In this document: in pieces, positions 17,254 through 26,324 of the stretch
How the letters are laid out: every line of letters begins with the position of its first letter
Position numbering within the stretch: the first letter of the stretch is position 1
IMG/VR virus record: IMGVR_UViG_3300049460_000312
Coordinates: 62,001 to 126,000 of that record
Length of the DNA stretch: 64,000 nt
Strand: one strand, 5' to 3'
Program-made: the position numbers and the translations under genes
The notes under the pieces: model-generated
Seen by the model: the letters and a program-made list of their open reading frames with translations, nothing else
Database searches by the model: none
What the model was told of the DNA's origin: nothing

Positions 17254-18837
17254 TTAGTGGACAGTGGCGTTGCCTTGATGAAATACTTTCTCGCCCACGA
17301 TAAACGGCAGCGTGAGCAGGTGACACTCTGCGGCTTTCTCAGCCAGCAGTAATTCCTTGCGGATGTGATACTCCATGTGCTTGGCGATGTCCTCACACGT
17401 GAAATACTCAAACTCCACATCGACGCCATCGATCTTGCGCAGACGACCAAAGCCCTGAATGTTGGCAGCCGAAGCATTGATGGCATTGGTCAGAATCACG
17501 GTAATAAGTCCCTTGATATCGTGACCGGTGCCTGCCGAGCCAATCGTTGAGACACAGACGGTGGCACTCATCAGGTTGTCGTACGGATCATCCTCCACGT
17601 AGCGCCGGACATCGAGGTCCGGATACCGGCGTTTCAGATAGTCCTTGATCGCTGTACACATCTGGATCGAGGCGGCGTAAATCAGACACTTCTGCCCAGG
17701 CTCGTAACGCGTTAAGAAGCGCTCCTGGAACCGCTCGTCAATGAAGTCCAGGTAATGCCGGAGCAGCCAGCTAAACCGGTTGCCAAAGAAGTTCTTCTCA
17801 AACGCCATGTGCGAGTAGTTCGCTGAACCCATCTCGGTCGTGCGCAACTGGTCACCGTGCTTGATCCGGTAACGCATCGCATACGACTTGACGTACTTGT
17901 CTTCCACCACCACCTTGCACCGTTCTTCCGGCGGGTAGGCGATTTCCTGCATCTTACGGATAAACTGGTCATCCGCAATCAGCGTGGCAGACAAAGAGAT
18001 GGACCACTCGATGTGGGTGTACAGGTCGATCTTGAAGTTGCAATGGAAGTCTTCGTGCACTTCATCGATGATACGCAGACCGGCCTGAATCACCTGACAG
18101 AACTGTTCAGGCAAACAGTCGTAGCCCAGATCCAGAATCGCATCGCCCTTCTGTTCATAAAGGTCGATATAGTTCTGGAACGTGCGGTTGGACACGAGGA
18201 TCGCTTTCGCCTCCAGCGTGCCTTCCTTGGCAGCCCGAATCACTTCCATCAACATGGCAGAGCCCTGCACGACAATCACGTCACGCGAAGGCGTCATCCC
18301 CAGCAACTCTTCCAAGTCACTCGGCCACTTCTTCAGATACTTCGGCTTCAGAAACGCAACAATGCGCTTATCCAGCTGCGACGCAAACCACGACGCCACA
18401 AAGGTCTTCCCCTTGCCTGGAGGAATCCCCACAAACTTACGTCGGGAAGGTTCAGTCGAGATGTTGTACTTATTGATCTCGACCTGATAGTCACGCGGTG
18501 TTTTCTCCTTGGTGATCTCGCAGTCAAGCTTGGCGGCTTCAACGTATCCGAATTCTTGCACAGTCCAGCCGTGCTCGGGTACGCCGGTGTCTGCGAGATA
18601 ATGCTGAAAAGCCTTCCACTGGCCAATGTGGAGACGGATGTGATTCTTGCGGACAACCTTCGCCGCAAACACCTTGACGGGACCACGCTTAAAGAAGCGC
18701 CCGACTTTGATCATGCCGAACTGGATATAGTTGCGGACAAATTTCTCCACAATGGCCTGTCCAGACGGGGACATGTTCCGCACCACAAAGTGATGCGAGA
18801 ACCGGTCGACCTCGAAATACTTGCTCACAGCACTCAT
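17254..18837 (-). CDS. Superfamily 2 DExH helicase (phiKZ gp75-like)
   Basis: Walker A GIPPGKGKT, DEVH, SLSAT, STIGSAGTGHDI and motif VI QGFGRLRK. Confidence 0.9.
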   Translation of the reverse strand: MSAVSKYFEVDRFSHHFVVRNMSPSGQAIVEKFVRNYIQFGMIKVGRFFKRGPVKVFAAKVVRKNHIRLHIGQWKAFQHYLADTGVPEHGWTVQEFGYVEAAKLDCEITKEKTPRDYQVEINKYNISTEPSRRKFVGIPPGKGKTFVASWFASQLDKRIVAFLKPKYLKKWPSDLEELLGMTPSRDVIVVQGSAMLMEVIRAAKEGTLEAKAILVSNRTFQNYIDLYEQKGDAILDLGYDCLPEQFCQVIQAGLRIIDEVHEDFHCNFKIDLYTHIEWSISLSATLIADDQFIRKMQEIAYPPEERCKVVVEDKYVKSYAMRYRIKHGDQLRTTEMGSANYSHMAFEKNFFGNRFSWLLRHYLDFIDERFQERFLTRYEPGQKCLIYAASIQMCTAIKDYLKRRYPDLDVRRYVEDDPYDNLMSATVCVSTIGSAGTGHDIKGLITVILTNAINASAANIQGFGRLRKIDGVDVEFEYFTCEDIAKHMEYHIRKELLLAEKAAECHLLTLPFIVGEKVFHQGNATVH

Positions 18838-19036
18838 GTTTTCTCGCCTTCATACAGAACTCTATGGGATGTGTCTCGCAGGTAAGAAAATATGGGCTGT
18901 TGTTTAACCAGGCACATGACAGTCATGACCCCAGCAATCCGGACACGGGCCCGGTACTCGGGTATCGTATCGCGGACAGTAATAACGACGCTGGGGTGGC
19001 GGCTCCTGTTGCTGTACTGGTTGGGGCTTGGCTTCG

Positions 19037-19669
19037 TTAGGCGTCACTTTCGGTTTCCTCCCGATCCATGTGCGCGTGCATGATACAACTCCACACGCGA
19101 CGATTACCGTCATCGCCGTCATTGCGATAAGCGACGAGATCGCCATTACGGTTGTAACACTTCACCAGACGTCCGGTGCATTCGGCAATGGCCAGTGCCG
19201 CTGCTTTCGAACGCGACTGACCCATATTGCAATGGACCACGATGGTCGGAGCGTCCTTGTGCTTGAGCACGAAGTCGACGATGGCTTCTCCGTCTTCGAT
19301 CCGACACCAGCGGTCCCCCTGCGCCTCGCTACGAATGCTCACGTGGTCATGGAAGCCACGGTGCAATACTTCGACATCATCCGGCTTGCGGAAGAACGTA
19401 GGCGGCTCTGCGTGCGTGTCAGTGATGCTGATGATCGCATCACTCGAACGATACGGATAGCCGGAGGCATCGTTGCGCGACATGAAGATCACGCGCTTCG
19501 TGCCGGGTGCGTCTGGAGCGGGCTTTTGTTTGTTCTCTTCAGCCTTAGCATTCTCTTGCGGACTCAAGAAAGCCTTCTCAGGTTTGGCTGGGTCGTGGAA
19601 CGCCACCCCCGCACGTTCAGCCTGACGCTTCTGTGCAGCGCGTTGTTCATATTTGCTAATCTTCGGCAT
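19037..19669 (-). CDS. Protein-tyrosine/dual-specificity phosphatase-like protein (CX5R)
   Basis: VVHCNMGQSRSKAAALAI P-loop, upstream AIISITD and an FHD acid loop; basic N-terminal extension. Confidence 0.8.
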   Translation of the reverse strand: MPKISKYEQRAAQKRQAERAGVAFHDPAKPEKAFLSPQENAKAEENKQKPAPDAPGTKRVIFMSRNDASGYPYRSSDAIISITDTHAEPPTFFRKPDDVEVLHRGFHDHVSIRSEAQGDRWCRIEDGEAIVDFVLKHKDAPTIVVHCNMGQSRSKAAALAIAECTGRLVKCYNRNGDLVAYRNDGDDGNRRVWSCIMHAHMDREETESDA

Positions 19670-19704
19670 GGTTGTATCCAAAAGAAAAAAGAGGCAACAC
19701 AAAA

Positions 19705-19724
19705 CCCGGAGGTTTCCCTCCGGG
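19705..19724 (-). terminator. Intrinsic terminator after the Lys/Ala-rich protein gene
   Basis: CCCGGAGG-N4-CCTCCGGG followed by T-rich sequence on the minus strand. Confidence 0.75.
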
Positions 19725-19739
19725 CTTCGCGACGCGAGA

Positions 19740-20753
19740 TTACTTCTTGATCGGATCACGGTAGTTGAAGATGAGGGCAGCGAGTTGCAGGTCACCATTC
19801 AGTTTGCCGCCTGCCGCACGGATTTCCTTCACCAGTGCGTCGAAGCGGTTCAGCAGGTCGAGGTTCTTTTTCGCTTCGTCCGTAGCAGTCAGTGACTTGA
19901 TGAGCGCCGGCGAGGCGTTGATAGCTTCCGTGACCTTTGGCTGAGCTTTCTCGGCGGCGAAATGCTGCGCCGTTTGCTTGGTGAGCACCGAGATTTCGCT
20001 GGTGGAAACTTCGCCGTCGTTCATGGCGGCGTTGTGACCGATTTCGATGACGAAGCCTTCAGCAGCGGCCTTAGCGATCAGTTGCGTGGCTTCGAATGTC
20101 AGGTCCGCACGCATTTGCGTTTGTTCCTGCGTGAGTTCGCCCGTCGGCTTGACACGCTTGGCGGCTGCTTTTTTGGCCGGAGCTTTCTTCGCTGCTTCAG
20201 CCGGCTTGACCGGAGCCTTCAGTGCATCTGCCGCCTTCTTGATGGCCTTCTTCGCGGCCGGTGCGATGTCCGACTTCACCGCATCGACCTTCGGCTTGGC
20301 GACCTTCTTGGCGGGCGTAGCACGCACTTCGGCAGCCTTCTGTTCCGTGTCCGCCGGCAGCTTCACCAGTGCGCGCTTATTGCTGCGCGAGACGCGCTTG
20401 ACGGTCGACGGTGTCGCGACCTTGGCGGCCGGATCGGGTACGGCGTTGGCCTTGTCGAACAGTGCCTGCTTCTTCGCAGCACGACTCTTCGGTGCTGGCT
20501 TGTCTGCGGGGATGTCGATCTTCTGCGCAGTGACAACAGCTTTCGCAGCCGCGCCTGCCGGATCGTTCACGAGACCCGTCTGCGAAGCCGGCGTGGCGCG
20601 CGTCACGCGCTTCACAGCGGGTTTCTTCACAGGCACCGAGGTCTTGTCAGCGGTCTTGGCCATCGCGGGCTTCGGGAGCTTGTCCGTAGCTTGTTGTGCG
20701 GTGACGCGTTTAGCGACTTTCGAACCGAATTGTTTCTTTGCTGCAGTGGCCAT
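19740..20753 (-). CDS. Histone H1/AlgP-like Lys-Ala-Pro-rich basic protein
   Basis: About 200 aa of KKPAVK / AAKKAIKKAA / KKAPAKKAAAK repeats, then a globular C-terminal region; AAGGAG RBS. Confidence 0.7.
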   Translation of the reverse strand: MATAAKKQFGSKVAKRVTAQQATDKLPKPAMAKTADKTSVPVKKPAVKRVTRATPASQTGLVNDPAGAAAKAVVTAQKIDIPADKPAPKSRAAKKQALFDKANAVPDPAAKVATPSTVKRVSRSNKRALVKLPADTEQKAAEVRATPAKKVAKPKVDAVKSDIAPAAKKAIKKAADALKAPVKPAEAAKKAPAKKAAAKRVKPTGELTQEQTQMRADLTFEATQLIAKAAAEGFVIEIGHNAAMNDGEVSTSEISVLTKQTAQHFAAEKAQPKVTEAINASPALIKSLTATDEAKKNLDLLNRFDALVKEIRAAGGKLNGDLQLAALIFNYRDPIKK

Positions 20754-20821
20754 TTTTCTCTCCTTTAGAGCTATGTGGCGTGGTGATATTTGTTCTCTGC
20801 AAAGGATGCAGATGGGGGTAA

Positions 20822-21262
20822 TTAATTCCAGTGATACTCTAGCCGGTTGCGTCGATACTCACCTTTGGTCACATCGCTGAGATGAAAACCATAACGCTTG
20901 ACGAACACCCGACTGTAATCATGAAACAGTTCTTCAGCTACGGTGCAGTGGGGCATCTCGGAGTCCAGTTGCTCCAGCATCCGGTCAATGAGTTTGACAC
21001 CGAGCCCACTACCCTGGTGCGACTCCTGCACTCGCACACAGCGCAGCTTGGTTTCATGGGCGTTGCGCTTACCGAGCGCCAGACCCACGACCCGTTCATT
21101 CTCTTTGGCCAGCAGGAGAATGTCTTTGCCGACCACAATCCCCGGCATCACGCTGTTGGTGTACCAGTATTCAAACTCCGGGTAGTAGGTGTCCAATCCC
21201 CGTAACAGCTTCAGACCGACTAGCGCTTCGGTAAAGGTGTGACCACGCACAAACGTCAGCAT
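20822..21262 (-). CDS. GNAT-family acetyltransferase
   Basis: KLRCVRVQESHQGSGLGVKLI is the GNAT motif A (Q/RxxGxG); RYGF near the C-terminus; GAGGAG RBS. Confidence 0.85.
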   Translation of the reverse strand: MLTFVRGHTFTEALVGLKLLRGLDTYYPEFEYWYTNSVMPGIVVGKDILLLAKENERVVGLALGKRNAHETKLRCVRVQESHQGSGLGVKLIDRMLEQLDSEMPHCTVAEELFHDYSRVFVKRYGFHLSDVTKGEYRRNRLEYHWN

Positions 21263-21311
21263 CTTTTCTCCTCATCAGCATAAGACGGGGACCGAAGTCC
21301 CCGCCGTACGC

Positions 21312-23342
21312 TTAGTAGTTGCCGCGACCGCCAGCCCGCTTGTCCTCGTGATCTGCTACCTCACGCGGCATCAGGATGCCATCGAACGGATGGTTCGGTC
21401 GGTTACGCAAGGCAAACGACTCCGGTGCGTAAATCCCTTCCGCATGATGTTCGTAAGCCATAAACGGCGCCAACGAACGATACATGATGATGTTTCTCAG
21501 CACGCCCAGGCCGTTTTCCGTCCACGGCTTCGGCATCGAGTAATCGTAACGTTCAGCAGAACGGATCAACGCCCCACGCAACGTCACGGACACCACGGCG
21601 AGATTCACCCGGGCTTTCCGGTTCATCAGCTCCACCAGCTCCACGAGGGTCGAGGCAGGGTCGACCAGGCGGTCGCGCTCCACCACTTCCTTCACGGTCG
21701 ACTCCAGCACCTTCGCGATGTCACGCGAGTGGTCCGACATACTAAAGTCACGCATCGGCAACGACGCAAACGGTACATTCCACTTCCAGCCTTTCAGCGG
21801 AATCACGTAACAGCCCGTTTCCTCATCAACCGTATAATTCACGGCCTTGATGTGTTCCAGGAACTCGTACGTGAGAAAGGGCAGACGCTTGCCATCGCGC
21901 AGACTGATTTCCTCGCCATCGCCATTCGCTTGCCGGATCGTGACTTCCGAAAGCTCTGACATGCGCGATTCCATCAACACCCGCACGTTATCCACGTTGT
22001 AGATGTCCGACAGGTTCGGCGCAGCTTCACAGTCAAACAGCAGACTGAGATCGCCGTTCTTGCCGTTCTGCTTAAGCGTATCCGCAAACAGATAGCGATT
22101 GCCGTCGGTGGAGAGCTTGACGAACAACTGCGTGCGCGCATCGATCGAGGCGCCCTTGATGCTCTTGGACGAATCCAAGTGCTTCGTGGACAACACGCCC
22201 TGCGCGTTCTTTTCTGTCACGTGTGTGCAGTTCGCATGACCGATGTTGCTGTTGGACGGAATCAACTCGCTCATCAGCCCGTAACACGTCGAGCAGATGC
22301 CGTTTGGATCGGGCGACGCGCAGTACAGCACATTGCGCAGCTTGATGTTCTTGCCGATCAGGTACTTGTCATCGCGATGCACCGTCTTGAGCATGCCATC
22401 GTCATCGACGTAGTGGTTGCCGTCGAGGATTTCCAGATCGCTCGGCTTGTCCTCGTGCTTGCCCTGTACCCGCCAGTTAAGAAAGCGGGTCGTACCACAG
22501 TCGGTATGGTGAAGTGTTTCCACCCCCATGTCCATGGTGCGCAGCTTGCGCGAGAAATACTCCGTATCCTGCAGGTCGCCCTTGGAGGCATTCAAGGCCT
22601 TCGCTGCCGAGCGCGACTCGATCTGGATGTCCCGTTGTGAGCGGATACCCTGATAATAGCCGCGCATGATCGGAATGCCGAAGCGTTCGTTGTTGATGTC
22701 GGTCAAGAAACCCCGCGGGCCCAGACACTGATGGACCTGCTTGCTCGACACCAGTCCCGAGCGATACAGTTTCGACAATGCATTGTCACGCAGTTCCGGC
22801 TTGCGCTGCAACACCTGATCGATCGTGTAGTAGATGTCCGCAATCGACTCTTCGTCGGGTTTGGCCCGCTCGTACGACGCCACCACATCGGGGTCCTTGA
22901 ACACCGCGTGGAAGTCGAACAGATTCAGCGACGTGATATATGCGCCGAGATAGCGCACCATGTCGTTGTAATGCTGGTTCGAGATGTTGTACGCCAGCTC
23001 CGCCAGTTCAAAGCGCAGATCCACCATGCGCTCGACCGTATGGGTCGCGCTCAGATAATCCGCACAATCCCAGAGGATGTTCTGGATCAGCTTGATGTGC
23101 GTTTCCATGCCGAGCCGTCGCCCATTCAGGACCGCCGCGACATGATGCTTCTTCAGGATCGGTAGTCCCGGATAGTTCGCATGGAATTCCCAGAAATACC
23201 GGCTGTAGATGACCTCCTTGTGGTTGGTCAACAATTCCTCGCCGTCATCGAAGACGAGGATGAGGGGTCCGGCGAGCGAGCGCCAGGTATCCTCGATACT
23301 CAGGCCGAGAACGGTCCGAGCGGCAAGACGTTTTAGTGACAT
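21312..23342 (-). CDS. rpoC: Non-virion RNA polymerase beta' subunit, C-terminal part (phiKZ gp74-like)
   Basis: QCLGPRG, bridge-helix-like KGDLQDTEYFSRKL, DCGT...RNVLYC...GICSTCYG zinc site, trigger-loop-like NAQGVLSTKH. Confidence 0.9.
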   Translation of the reverse strand: MSLKRLAARTVLGLSIEDTWRSLAGPLILVFDDGEELLTNHKEVIYSRYFWEFHANYPGLPILKKHHVAAVLNGRRLGMETHIKLIQNILWDCADYLSATHTVERMVDLRFELAELAYNISNQHYNDMVRYLGAYITSLNLFDFHAVFKDPDVVASYERAKPDEESIADIYYTIDQVLQRKPELRDNALSKLYRSGLVSSKQVHQCLGPRGFLTDINNERFGIPIMRGYYQGIRSQRDIQIESRSAAKALNASKGDLQDTEYFSRKLRTMDMGVETLHHTDCGTTRFLNWRVQGKHEDKPSDLEILDGNHYVDDDGMLKTVHRDDKYLIGKNIKLRNVLYCASPDPNGICSTCYGLMSELIPSNSNIGHANCTHVTEKNAQGVLSTKHLDSSKSIKGASIDARTQLFVKLSTDGNRYLFADTLKQNGKNGDLSLLFDCEAAPNLSDIYNVDNVRVLMESRMSELSEVTIRQANGDGEEISLRDGKRLPFLTYEFLEHIKAVNYTVDEETGCYVIPLKGWKWNVPFASLPMRDFSMSDHSRDIAKVLESTVKEVVERDRLVDPASTLVELVELMNRKARVNLAVVSVTLRGALIRSAERYDYSMPKPWTENGLGVLRNIIMYRSLAPFMAYEHHAEGIYAPESFALRNRPNHPFDGILMPREVADHEDKRAGGRGNY

Positions 23343-23399
23343 AGTGCTTTACCTGTGAGAGAACGGGTCCGGGTGGTTAGGCCGGACCCGAGGAGGTTG

Positions 23400-25700
23400 T
23401 CACGCGACAAACGTGATTGCCGACGGCTTCGGCTCCAGTTCCTGGTACGGCGCATACGTAAACTTCCATCCGTTACAGAGAGCCAAGTGCTTCACCAGCT
23501 CCAACGGTTTCGCGTTCCCCAGCGGAATCTTGCTGCGATCCACGAGCATATCGATGTTGGTTGGCTTGTCGGCCCGCAGGATGTTGTACACGCCCATGCG
23601 GTGTGCGGCGATATTATTGTTGCGATCAATCAACTCCGCCATCGGACGCCACCCCATATACGAGGTGCCAATGGCAGTTTCCGTTTCACCCCAGGCCCGG
23701 ATCGCTTGCTGGCGCCACGGCGACGCATGCTTATCCTGGTTGTTGATGTGCGACAGAATGCCGAAGTTTTGCAGCTTGCCCGAGGACACCGAAGTCCAGT
23801 CATCACCGGTCTTCTCCAGCAGGATGAAGTACACCTCGCCGACGATGATCTTTTCCTGGGTGGTGACGAACTTGCCCGTATGGTCACGATACGTAATGTG
23901 ACCAATCTGTGGCATGAAGTGCTTCTGGATTTCGTCGACGACGTCAGGCAGCTCCGGATCGTTGTTGCTCGGATGGTAGATGTAGATGCCATCCTCCAGG
24001 AACGAGGTCATGTGTTCATGAATCAACCCCGCTGCGGCTTCGCGCTCATAGAACTCAGCCTGCTCCGGACTCACGGTGCGCATGAAGTGCATGAAGCGAT
24101 CCCAGGCGGCCACGGCTGCCGGTTCCTGCTTCTTGTAAGCAATCTCCACCCGTGTTTTCTCCGCGAGACTGAGCTTCTGACCGTGCACGCCGGGATACTG
24201 CACTCCAAACAAGTTACAGAACTCCTTGTTCAGATCCCGGCCTGCTGCGTTAAAGCCCTGCTCGTAGAGACGACCCAGATTCTGCCGTGACACGGTAGCA
24301 CCGCCGTCCATCGCGATATGCGCGCGATTGCCGAACTCGTCCACCGGCATGTCTTCCTTCGGCACAATCTTCACCACCACGCCCTTACCACCCCAGCAGT
24401 CGGTGATCTTGTAGCCTTCCGTCGGTGTCGCTTCATACTCGACCACGAACTCGATGGTAAAGTCATCCATCGGGGAGGCCCGGTAGATCATCTGCACACG
24501 CTGTTCTTCGTTGATGGCTTCCTGTTGCGTCACCGCATACGCATGCTTGAGCAGGTTCTTGAAGTTGTGCGAGACCTTGTAACGGCCTTTAGGCTTATTC
24601 GCCTTCATCACGTTCGACTGACGCAGCACTTCGCGATAAAACACGCGTGCGGCCTGGTCGTACTTCAATGCCTGATCGTTACAGATGCTCGGCGCAAACG
24701 GTGCCCGGGATGCATCATGGCTCACGCGAATGTCGATCACCCGACCGCGGCTCATCACCTGACCGGTTTCCCGATCGGTTTTGGCCGACGGCACATACGT
24801 GAGCTTGTCGAACACGTAGTTCACTTCGCGAGAAGCTGTAGTCGACATTTCCACCGCCGAGTAGACATCGCTGTAACTGCGCAACGCCATCAGCAGGCCA
24901 TCGGGTCGGACATAATCGCCAATGTCCGGGAACGGCTTATAAATCGTTTCGTCCCCGTACAGGTTCAGCGGGAAGTGCGTCGAGCCATATGCCACCGTGC
25001 GCTTTTCATACTTGTGAATCTTCAGCCACGGTACTGCCTCGTCCGAGAGCAAGACACCGTCCTCAGCCACTTCCGGGAAGCTGCCAAAGACGACATTCAA
25101 GTTAATACCGTAACAGTAATTGCCATCCGGGCGTTTGGACGGCGAATCCTGCAAGATGGTATCGGCGGGCAGCATCGAGCCGCGTGAACCCGGCGTGGGC
25201 TGACGCAGCTGGCGAGCCTTTTCGGTATTCTTCAGCGGGAAGCCGAAATACTGGTGGTTGGAGAAATACTCCCGCATCGAAATACAGTCGACTTCACTTT
25301 CCCTGCCCGGCCCTTCATCCGGGTATTCGACAATCAGCATCGTTTCAGGGTTGTGGCGAATTGCATCCGTGCCCACGACTCTGGTGTTATAAAACGGGAT
25401 CATGGCCAAGATCTCGCAGTCACGTTCGACTTTCGTCGAGAACGTGGCTTTACCGTACTGGATCTCGGCCCCGGTTTGAATCCGTCGCGGTGTGGACTTC
25501 TCGAATACCAGGCACTGGGAAGTGTGGCTGGCGCCGAACATCTGCTTACGTGAAGCGGAGACTGTGCCGTCAAACGGCGACAAGCTCATCACGTTAGCCA
25601 ACTCGGGATAGAGTTGATTCGGCTCGTAGTGATAGTTCCAGACCGACGAAAGCGCTTGGGTCAGTGTGGTGTTACTGACACTTGTGTTGTCCTCTGCCAT
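23400..25700 (-). CDS. rpoB: Non-virion RNA polymerase beta subunit, C-terminal part (phiKZ gp71-73-like, uninterrupted)
   Basis: SRKQM, EDGVLLS, GYKITDCWGGKGVV (equivalent to GDK...HGNKG), RQNLGRLYE, YFILLEK and AWGETE (equivalent to RFGEME). Confidence 0.92.
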   Translation of the reverse strand: MAEDNTSVSNTTLTQALSSVWNYHYEPNQLYPELANVMSLSPFDGTVSASRKQMFGASHTSQCLVFEKSTPRRIQTGAEIQYGKATFSTKVERDCEILAMIPFYNTRVVGTDAIRHNPETMLIVEYPDEGPGRESEVDCISMREYFSNHQYFGFPLKNTEKARQLRQPTPGSRGSMLPADTILQDSPSKRPDGNYCYGINLNVVFGSFPEVAEDGVLLSDEAVPWLKIHKYEKRTVAYGSTHFPLNLYGDETIYKPFPDIGDYVRPDGLLMALRSYSDVYSAVEMSTTASREVNYVFDKLTYVPSAKTDRETGQVMSRGRVIDIRVSHDASRAPFAPSICNDQALKYDQAARVFYREVLRQSNVMKANKPKGRYKVSHNFKNLLKHAYAVTQQEAINEEQRVQMIYRASPMDDFTIEFVVEYEATPTEGYKITDCWGGKGVVVKIVPKEDMPVDEFGNRAHIAMDGGATVSRQNLGRLYEQGFNAAGRDLNKEFCNLFGVQYPGVHGQKLSLAEKTRVEIAYKKQEPAAVAAWDRFMHFMRTVSPEQAEFYEREAAAGLIHEHMTSFLEDGIYIYHPSNNDPELPDVVDEIQKHFMPQIGHITYRDHTGKFVTTQEKIIVGEVYFILLEKTGDDWTSVSSGKLQNFGILSHINNQDKHASPWRQQAIRAWGETETAIGTSYMGWRPMAELIDRNNNIAAHRMGVYNILRADKPTNIDMLVDRSKIPLGNAKPLELVKHLALCNGWKFTYAPYQELEPKPSAITFVA

Positions 25701-25844
25701 ACAGCTTTCCTTTTATAGTCAGTCGCAGTAACGATGATATGTACGCTTGAACTCCAGAAATCCTCGTAAATTACGACGAATCGCACCTGGCTATTCAAAG
25801 CACACCATACCAGAGCGCAGTAAATTTCCTACTCGTCTGGTGCG

Positions 25845-25872
25845 TTCACTTGGTAATATGTGATTAGAATCA
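25845..25872 (-). promoter_or_regulatory. Putative phage promoter, CATATTAC motif
   Basis: The minus strand reads ATTCTAATCACATATTACCAAGTG, about 150 nt upstream of the nvRNAP beta start. Confidence 0.65.
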
Positions 25873-25889
25873 TTTCCACTAGGACACTC

Positions 25890-26234
25890 ATGCAAGCCTC
25901 CATTGAAAAGTTGCTCCAAGCCCCGTCGGCAACCACCTTCGATGATCCGGCCTTTCGGGCCATTCTCGAAGATCACCTGACTTGGCTGATCAACCACAAT
26001 ACCACCACGTCGCGCCCAGTTACGGCGCATCAGATCGAGGTGTACGACTTTGACTGGATTGGTCTCTTGCAAGACCTGAAGATCCATCCTGACCTGCACT
26101 GGCTCACGATCCGCATGAATGGCGGTACATCACTGACCGATGTGCCGATCAATCTGCGCTCGCTACGCGTGGCGGACTACAGCATCGTCAAGAATCTGGT
26201 GATGTTGAATGCCAGTAGCAAGAAGATCAAATAA
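25890..26234 (+). CDS. Small conserved-type hypothetical protein (possibly virion)
   Basis: ORF on the opposite strand between the gp70-like and RNAP genes, with an AGGA RBS and a downstream hairpin. Confidence 0.65.
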   Translation: MQASIEKLLQAPSATTFDDPAFRAILEDHLTWLINHNTTTSRPVTAHQIEVYDFDWIGLLQDLKIHPDLHWLTIRMNGGTSLTDVPINLRSLRVADYSIVKNLVMLNASSKKIK

Positions 26235-26247
26235 CAAAAAAGAAAAA

Positions 26248-26318
26248 CGACATAAGTACCCCATCCCCGCCAGTGCATCCCGAAGGACGCACCGGTGAGG
26301 ATGGGGCGCTATGCCGCC
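26248..26318. terminator. Bidirectional CATA-hairpin-TATG element
   Basis: CGACATAA...CCCCATC...GGTGAGGATGGGG...CTATGCCGCC between convergent genes. Confidence 0.7.
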
Positions 26319-26324
26319 TTTACA

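Noticed and set aside
18904-19146. 80-aa ORF with a hydrophobic N-terminus and Cys-rich end (possible lipoprotein or spanin)
   Set aside because: It overlaps the phosphatase gene by 110 nt, has no clear RBS or lipobox, and lies far from the lysin. It may be real but is unsupported.
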